A stretch of 32,000 bases of DNA from Edaphobacter aggregans (GTDB lineage: Bacteria; Acidobacteriota; Terriglobia; Terriglobales; Acidobacteriaceae): NCBI RefSeq assembly GCF_003945235.1, contig NZ_RSDW01000001.1:2790001-2822000 (forward strand). Direction: 5' to 3'. Below the pieces are notes generated by a model. The model saw only the letters and a program-made list of their open reading frames with translations, ran no database searches and had not been told where the DNA came from. How positions within the stretch are numbered: position 1 is the stretch's first letter; each line of letters starts with the position of its first letter. Below, piece after piece: positions 27,212 through 32,000 of this stretch. A program made the position numbers and the translations under genes.

Positions 27212-27835
27212 TCAGCAATTCTGATATTTCCAGTTCCTCTGTTTCCCCTCCGCGATCCACTCCACCGCCTGCGCCACCCGCTTCTCCTTCGTCTCCGCCC
27301 GCTTCGCCTCAGCGATCCATTCCACATACTCCCGCCGGCAACCAGGACTGAACTCTGCAAACACCTTCCCCGCCGCCTTGTTCTTCTTCAGCGCCGCCGC
27401 CAACTCAGCAGGAACCTCCGCCTCCGGCTTAGCCGCTTTCGGCTTGCGCTGCATCGTCTTGCCACCGTCTTCAATAAACGCCATCACCTCATGGACATAC
27501 CCCACCATGTCCTTCTTCTTCGGCAGCTCCTTCACGCTGGCAACCTTCCCCAGCTTGCCCATGCCCTCATCTGAGAGCACGCCATCCTTCCGCATCATCG
27601 CAGTGACATCGCCGCCCCAAAGCCCAAAGCTGCAATGCGCCTTGAAAGCCGCCATATTCCCCAGAATCTGCCCCTTATACACAAAAAAAGGCATACTCCA
27701 CTTGATCGCCTCTTCCACATCAGGACAAGCCGCATGCACCAGCTCACGCAGATGCTCCAGCACTGGCTGCGCAAACGGAGCAGCCTTTGCAATGTAAGCA
27801 TCCACCTTCGGGTCTAAATTCGCAGTCTTTTTCAC
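27212..27835 (-). CDS. DUF1801 (YdhG-like) plus YdeI/OmpD-associated domain protein, 207 aa
   Basis: GTG start at 27835. The N-terminal block AIKWSMPFFVYKGQILGNMAAFKAHCSFGLW is DUF1801-like. The C-terminal block FSPGCRREYVEWIAEAKRAETKEKRV is YdeI-like. Confidence 0.8.
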   Translation of the reverse strand: MKKTANLDPKVDAYIAKAAPFAQPVLEHLRELVHAACPDVEEAIKWSMPFFVYKGQILGNMAAFKAHCSFGLWGGDVTAMMRKDGVLSDEGMGKLGKVASVKELPKKKDMVGYVHEVMAFIEDGGKTMQRKPKAAKPEAEVPAELAAALKKNKAAGKVFAEFSPGCRREYVEWIAEAKRAETKEKRVAQAVEWIAEGKQRNWKYQNC

Positions 27836-27855
27836 GCCAGCAGTCTACACCACCC

Positions 27856-29607
27856 TTACATCGTGTCTCCCGGCTTCGCCTTCGGCGTCGACGCATACGG
27901 CTTCATCGGATACGGCGGTCCCTTCGCCAGCACCTTCTCCATCTCCGCGTCATACCCATAAATATCGTCGAAGAAGTGGACCTGCCCATCCTCCTCCACC
28001 CACGCCGTCGCATAAAAAATCACAATCGGCAGCGGCGTCTTCAAGCTGACAGTGTGGTTATCCGGCCCACTGGTCATCGCCGTATGCACCTTCTCAAGAT
28101 CCCAGTCTCCACCCTGCGTCGCCAGCACCCACGCCGCCAGATCCTCCGGCTTCTGCACGCGAATGCACCCATGGCTGAAGTCTCTCCGCGTCCGTTCAAA
28201 CAGCGACACCGCCGGCGTCGAATGCAGATAAATATCGTACTGATTCGGAAAAATAAACTTCACCAGCCCCAGCGAATTCTTCGGCCCCGGCCGCTCCCTC
28301 ACCATCACGCCGCCCTGCGCCACCTGCTTGGCCGAATAGTTCGTCAGCACCGTTCCCTTGCTGTCCGTCACCTCAAAATTTTTGTTAGCCAGATACCCCT
28401 GATTCGCCGTCATATGCGGAACCAGTTCCTTCCGCGCAATATCCGCTGGCACATTCCAGTAAGGCCTGAACACCAGGTACTTCATCATGTGCGTAAACAC
28501 CGGCGTCTGATGCTGCCCCATTACCTTGCCCACCACCACTCTCATGGTGAAGTCGACCTTATGTTCCGGCGTAAATCCACGCAAAACAAACTCCGGCAGA
28601 TTCACCATCAGCCGCGGATTCACATACGGGTCCGGCAACCATCGCCAACGCTCCAGCGAGTTCTGCAACTGTGCCACCCGCTCCGTCAAAGGCACATTCA
28701 AACTCTTGATCGTCTGCGGCGTCAGCTTCCCATCCACTTCGATCCCATGCCGCCCCTGAAAACTCTTCACGCCATCCGACAGCTCCTTATCGAACACCGT
28801 CGTCTTCTGCGCATCGCCCTCAACATCTCCCTCAAGCAGCAACCGCGCCCATAGCTGCCCCGCCGGATAGCTCCCACCCACCGAAACCGCCTTGTCCACC
28901 ATCGGCAGCGGCTCCGCTCCATTCGTCTCCTGCTGCTTGGCTAGATCCAGATACCGCCCTAGCGCCACCTCCGCCTTACGATACTGCTCCGAGTCCGGCT
29001 CAACCTTCGCAATCAACCCCGGCACATCCGTCGCATCCACCGCATTGTCCGAGACAAACTCCGCCAGATCGTACTTCTTATCCGCCACATTAATATCGAA
29101 ATTAAAGTGCAGCGGATTCACCCGCCCAATCCGCAGGTCCGAGATGTACCGCATCACATTCACCGTCATCGCCACGTCGAATGCCGCAAACGTATCTGCC
29201 GACTGGTCGCTCAGCTTCTGCACCCGCGCCGCCCACCGCGAGTCGTCATAATCCTCCGGAATCAACCCCTTCGCCGCAGCATCATGAAACGCCTGAATAA
29301 ACCCCTTGGCCGAGGCCGTAGGCGCCCCATCACGCGTCCACGCAATCTCATAGTTGCGATCGTCATAGAACGTCGCCACAATCGTCTGATAGTCCGAGAA
29401 GTCCGGCCACCTCAGACTCGGCATCTCCTTGGCGTCCAGCATCTCCTTGGGGATAACCTTCTTCTCCACCAGTTTCTGCACATTTTCCGCATACTGGGTC
29501 GTATTCGGCGCAGACTTCGTCTTACGATGCCGCCGGCATCCATCCACACTCACAAGCAGGGCAAGGAAGCACACAGCGCCAACAACGCGTAGAGAAACTT
29601 TCATCAT
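27856..29607 (-). CDS. Murein L,D-transpeptidase (YkuD/YcbB-like), 583 aa
   Basis: N-terminal signal/anchor MMKVSLRVVGAVCFLALLVSVDGC. Peptidoglycan-binding-like segment (LSDGVKSFQGRHGIEVDGKLTPQT). Catalytic YkuD motif LHSTP...SHGCIRV. Confidence 0.88.
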   Translation of the reverse strand: MMKVSLRVVGAVCFLALLVSVDGCRRHRKTKSAPNTTQYAENVQKLVEKKVIPKEMLDAKEMPSLRWPDFSDYQTIVATFYDDRNYEIAWTRDGAPTASAKGFIQAFHDAAAKGLIPEDYDDSRWAARVQKLSDQSADTFAAFDVAMTVNVMRYISDLRIGRVNPLHFNFDINVADKKYDLAEFVSDNAVDATDVPGLIAKVEPDSEQYRKAEVALGRYLDLAKQQETNGAEPLPMVDKAVSVGGSYPAGQLWARLLLEGDVEGDAQKTTVFDKELSDGVKSFQGRHGIEVDGKLTPQTIKSLNVPLTERVAQLQNSLERWRWLPDPYVNPRLMVNLPEFVLRGFTPEHKVDFTMRVVVGKVMGQHQTPVFTHMMKYLVFRPYWNVPADIARKELVPHMTANQGYLANKNFEVTDSKGTVLTNYSAKQVAQGGVMVRERPGPKNSLGLVKFIFPNQYDIYLHSTPAVSLFERTRRDFSHGCIRVQKPEDLAAWVLATQGGDWDLEKVHTAMTSGPDNHTVSLKTPLPIVIFYATAWVEEDGQVHFFDDIYGYDAEMEKVLAKGPPYPMKPYASTPKAKPGDTM

Positions 29608-29695
29608 TACGGGAGAACCATCCTTCAGGCGGGACTACATCCGCGACCAGTATGCAGCACTTTCAACCAAATTCAAGACAAACCTGCACCGAAAT

Positions 29696-30919
29696 CTACC
29701 GAGCAATCCCCGGCAGCACTGTCAGACAAATCAACGCCTGCGTCACCAACACCATTCCCGTAAGCGCCAAAAACATCTTCCGATACTTCGTCTCCAGCGC
29801 ATCCGCAAACACCCCACCCAGAAACGTAAACAAAAACGGCAGCGCCCAAAGCCACGGCTGCGCGACCACCTGCGTCACCACCACAGGAAACAGCACCGCC
29901 GCCATGACCAGAGGAGCCGTATTGCCAAAGTACCGGCACCGCCGCACTCCAAGATAAAGCACTGCCGCCACGCCAGCCGCCACCACAATCGGCCCATTCG
30001 CCACGCTCGTAAAGAAGCTCTTCGCCCCATCCAGCGAGAACCAGAACCGCCCCCCACCCCCGGTAAACACATAGCTGAACGCCGGCAGCCGAAACGCATA
30101 AAACGCAAACAGAATTCCCATCGCCCCCAGCGTCGAGAAGATCAGAATCTGCATCACATAGCTCCGCCGCCCCTCCGCCAGATACAGCATCAGCACCAGC
30201 GCCGCCACAAATCCAATCATCGCAGCCACCAGATGCGCAGCCGCCGTCAACCCCAGCGCAACCGTCAACAGCGCAATCCGCGGACGCCACTTTCGCCGAG
30301 GCCCCAGCATCGCATGAGCCACACCCATCGCCGTATAGACCAACCCATACAGCCCCCACATCGCCAGCACATCATTATTCGGCGTCACTGCCGAGCGCAC
30401 GATCGCCGGACAAAAACAATACAGTCCCAGCGCAAAGAACCCGCCCTCATTCCCAAACAATCGCCGAGCCACCCACCACAACCCAGCCCCCAGCCAAGCC
30501 GCAAAGAGCACAAACGGCAGATGCAGCAAATACTTCACGTTCGTCAGCTCATGCCGAGCCTCCCACGTCGACCCATTCAGCGATCCACTTGCATAAACCC
30601 TATTCTCCGGGCGGCGCAGCTTATCCCCCGCTAGCAGAACCAGCCGCTGCACCGTCAGTGGAAACCCCGCCACCCGGTAAGCAAACGTCCCATCCCCATT
30701 CAGGTTGCCGCACGTCGTAAAGTACCCGGCCAGCGGAGAAGGCCGCTCCCACATCTCCCGCCCGCACCGTGCAAACCGGTAATCCTCCGGCGAAAGCTGC
30801 TGCCGGCTCACCACCCAAAAACACTGCCCAATAAAAATCAACAACAGCACAGCAGCAAGCCGTTGTGGTCGGCCAATCTTAATCTCAGGAAACTTCATGC
30901 TGCGAACACCACCAGCCAT
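29696..30919 (-). CDS. Polytopic membrane protein, GT-C-fold glycosyltransferase-like (GT39/ArnT/PMT-like), about 400 aa
   Basis: At least 9 hydrophobic helices. The segment LLHLPFVLFAAWLGAGLWWVARRLFGNEGGFFALGLYCFCP resembles the conserved N-terminal region of ArnT/PMT-type transferases. The start is ambiguous (ATG at 30919 or 30898). Confidence 0.65.
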   Translation of the reverse strand: MAGGVRSMKFPEIKIGRPQRLAAVLLLIFIGQCFWVVSRQQLSPEDYRFARCGREMWERPSPLAGYFTTCGNLNGDGTFAYRVAGFPLTVQRLVLLAGDKLRRPENRVYASGSLNGSTWEARHELTNVKYLLHLPFVLFAAWLGAGLWWVARRLFGNEGGFFALGLYCFCPAIVRSAVTPNNDVLAMWGLYGLVYTAMGVAHAMLGPRRKWRPRIALLTVALGLTAAAHLVAAMIGFVAALVLMLYLAEGRRSYVMQILIFSTLGAMGILFAFYAFRLPAFSYVFTGGGGRFWFSLDGAKSFFTSVANGPIVVAAGVAAVLYLGVRRCRYFGNTAPLVMAAVLFPVVVTQVVAQPWLWALPFLFTFLGGVFADALETKYRKMFLALTGMVLVTQALICLTVLPGIAR

Positions 30920-30966
30920 CCCTCACTTGCACACCTATCCACTCCAACTGCCTCCATTTCGTCTTC

Positions 30967-30994
30967 TACTCCCTACACCCTACTCCCTACACCC
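30967..30994. repeat. Perfect 14-bp tandem duplication (tactccctacaccc x2)
   Basis: Read directly: 30967-30980 equals 30981-30994. It lies in the divergent intergenic region between the GT-C-like gene and the DUF2251-like gene. Confidence 0.9.
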
Positions 30995-31020
30995 TGCTTT
31001 TATCGTATCGTGAGAGATAT

Positions 31021-31488
31021 ATGCAGTCGCTCTCTTTCACGCCCGGGCTCGCCTTTCTCTCCGTCAACTCCCCTACCGTCCCCTGGACTGTAGTCTTCGA
31101 GGACGAAGGCGTCGCCGCCTACTTCTACGCCTGTGACCGCTCCCAGGAGAAGCACGAGCACAGCATCCTCGACGCCATGCTCATCTACAACGTCGCCGCC
31201 CTCGCCAAAAGCGACGCCGAACTCAACCGCCCCGAGCCCCAGCGCATCGCCACCGTCGAGTGGTCCCGCGACGGCCTGCAAGCTGCCCTCTACCTCGACG
31301 GCACCCCTCAAGCCCTCTATGACTTCCAGGCCCGCTGCGGATACTGCCGCATGAACTTCCCCAACTTCCTCGAAGAACAAGGCGATACCTGGCGCAAAAC
31401 CACCCACGCCTGGTCCGAGTCCGCAATCCAGCGCTTCGAATCCGAACTCTACGGCCTGACCACAGATTCCCACGGATCAAACGGATAA
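31021..31488 (+). CDS. DUF2251-like hypothetical protein, 155 aa
   Basis: Full ORF with strong C-ending periodicity. VVFEDEGVAAYFYACD...ILDAMLIYNV resembles DUF2251 as I recall it. Confidence 0.65.
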   Translation: MQSLSFTPGLAFLSVNSPTVPWTVVFEDEGVAAYFYACDRSQEKHEHSILDAMLIYNVAALAKSDAELNRPEPQRIATVEWSRDGLQAALYLDGTPQALYDFQARCGYCRMNFPNFLEEQGDTWRKTTHAWSESAIQRFESELYGLTTDSHGSNG

Positions 31489-31632
31489 AGACAGAACAAA
31501 CGGATAAAAGACAAAAAGAAAAGGACCCAGTCGAAATCGCCGGATCCTCATATCAAATCGTCGTTGATCTTCCTTAATCGCCTTTGATAAGTGCAATCGG
31601 TGGAGATCGGTGTTAAGCCTTTAAATCCGCGT

Positions 31633-32000
31633 CTATCCGCGCAAATCCGCGGTCGTCCCCAGTCGAAGCTCCATGAAGACATTCGCTCGCACATAAGGTG
31701 ACTCCTTCGGAGGCAGATGCTGGAAGCCAAGCGACTCATAAAGATGAATCGCATTCGCCAGCTTGCGATTCGTCTCAAGATAAAGCACCGAAGCCCCAAG
31801 CTCCCGCGCCCGTTCGATAGTGTACGCAAGCACTTTCCGTCCGACTCCACGCCCGCGATACTGCTCATCGACAGCCATCTTAGCCACTTCGAACACGCCG
31901 GGCTCCATAGGAATCAGCGCACAACACCCAATCGCCTGGCCCTCCAGGAACGCAAGAAAAATATGCCCACCCGGCCTGATGACCCAACTGTCAGGGTCTC
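31633..32000 (-). CDS. GNAT-family N-acetyltransferase (5' end outside the window)
   Basis: The ORF track starts at an internal Met (31908), but the frame stays open to the window edge (...DPDSWVIRPGGHIFLAFLEGQAIGCCALIPMEPGVFEVAKMAVDEQYRGRGVGRKVL). The acetyl-CoA motif Q/RxxGxG/A (YRGRGVGRK) is present. Confidence 0.85.
   Translation of the reverse strand, partial: DPDSWVIRPGGHIFLAFLEGQAIGCCALIPMEPGVFEVAKMAVDEQYRGRGVGRKVLAYTIERARELGASVLYLETNRKLANAIHLYESLGFQHLPPKESPYVRANVFMELRLGTTADLRG

Noticed and set aside
31435-31443. ttcgaatcc, which resembles a tRNA T-arm core.
   Set aside because: It lies in frame inside the DUF2251-like CDS (QRFESEL). There is no GG before it and no cloverleaf partner arms. 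No tRNA was seen anywhere in the window.
31483-31513. Purine-rich motif GGATAAA(A)GACA twice after the DUF2251-like stop, plus a similar GGATAAAAAGGACA on the minus strand at 3905-3918 after the oxidoreductase stop.
   Set aside because: Short, degenerate and A-rich, with only three copies. One copy overlaps a stop codon. This is insufficient to call a repeat family or regulatory element.

Overview
High-GC (about 60%) bacterial chromosomal segment. Gene content suggests a soil Acidobacteriota-type organism, but that is inference only. It is densely coded with about 32 genes, many of them exported hydrolases. These include two M28 peptidases, GH1, a GH63/GH37-like enzyme, GH89 and GH18 glycosidases, two beta-lactamase-fold serine hydrolases, an L,D-transpeptidase and a Tat-exported cupin. 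Housekeeping or stress genes include osmC, mutY, thpR, a quinone-oxidoreductase-like MDR enzyme and a GNAT. I found no rRNA, tRNA, CRISPR array, transposase or integrase.

Observations worth follow-up:
1. The flanks (1-15.05 kb and 26.48-32 kb) show extreme G depletion on the + strand. The central 11.4 kb (about 15.06-26.45 kb) is skew-neutral and carries the accessory-looking genes.
2. A leaderless 600-aa protein fuses five novel ~44-aa tandem repeats to a beta-lactamase-fold domain.
3. A Tat-exported GH1 has its acid/base motif NEP changed to NMP.
4. A 47-aa ORF consists of little more than a PEP-CTERM sorting signal. It lies just downstream of an M28 peptidase that itself ends in TPEPEKK.
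5. A J-domain coiled-coil protein is translationally coupled to a Sel1-repeat protein.
6. An ECF42-type sigma factor is paired with a YCII/DGPF protein, with a candidate cognate promoter.
7. An isochorismatase-family gene has decayed to a pseudogene.

I cannot name a single clearly novel multi-gene system with confidence. The best candidates are flagged with explicit tests.
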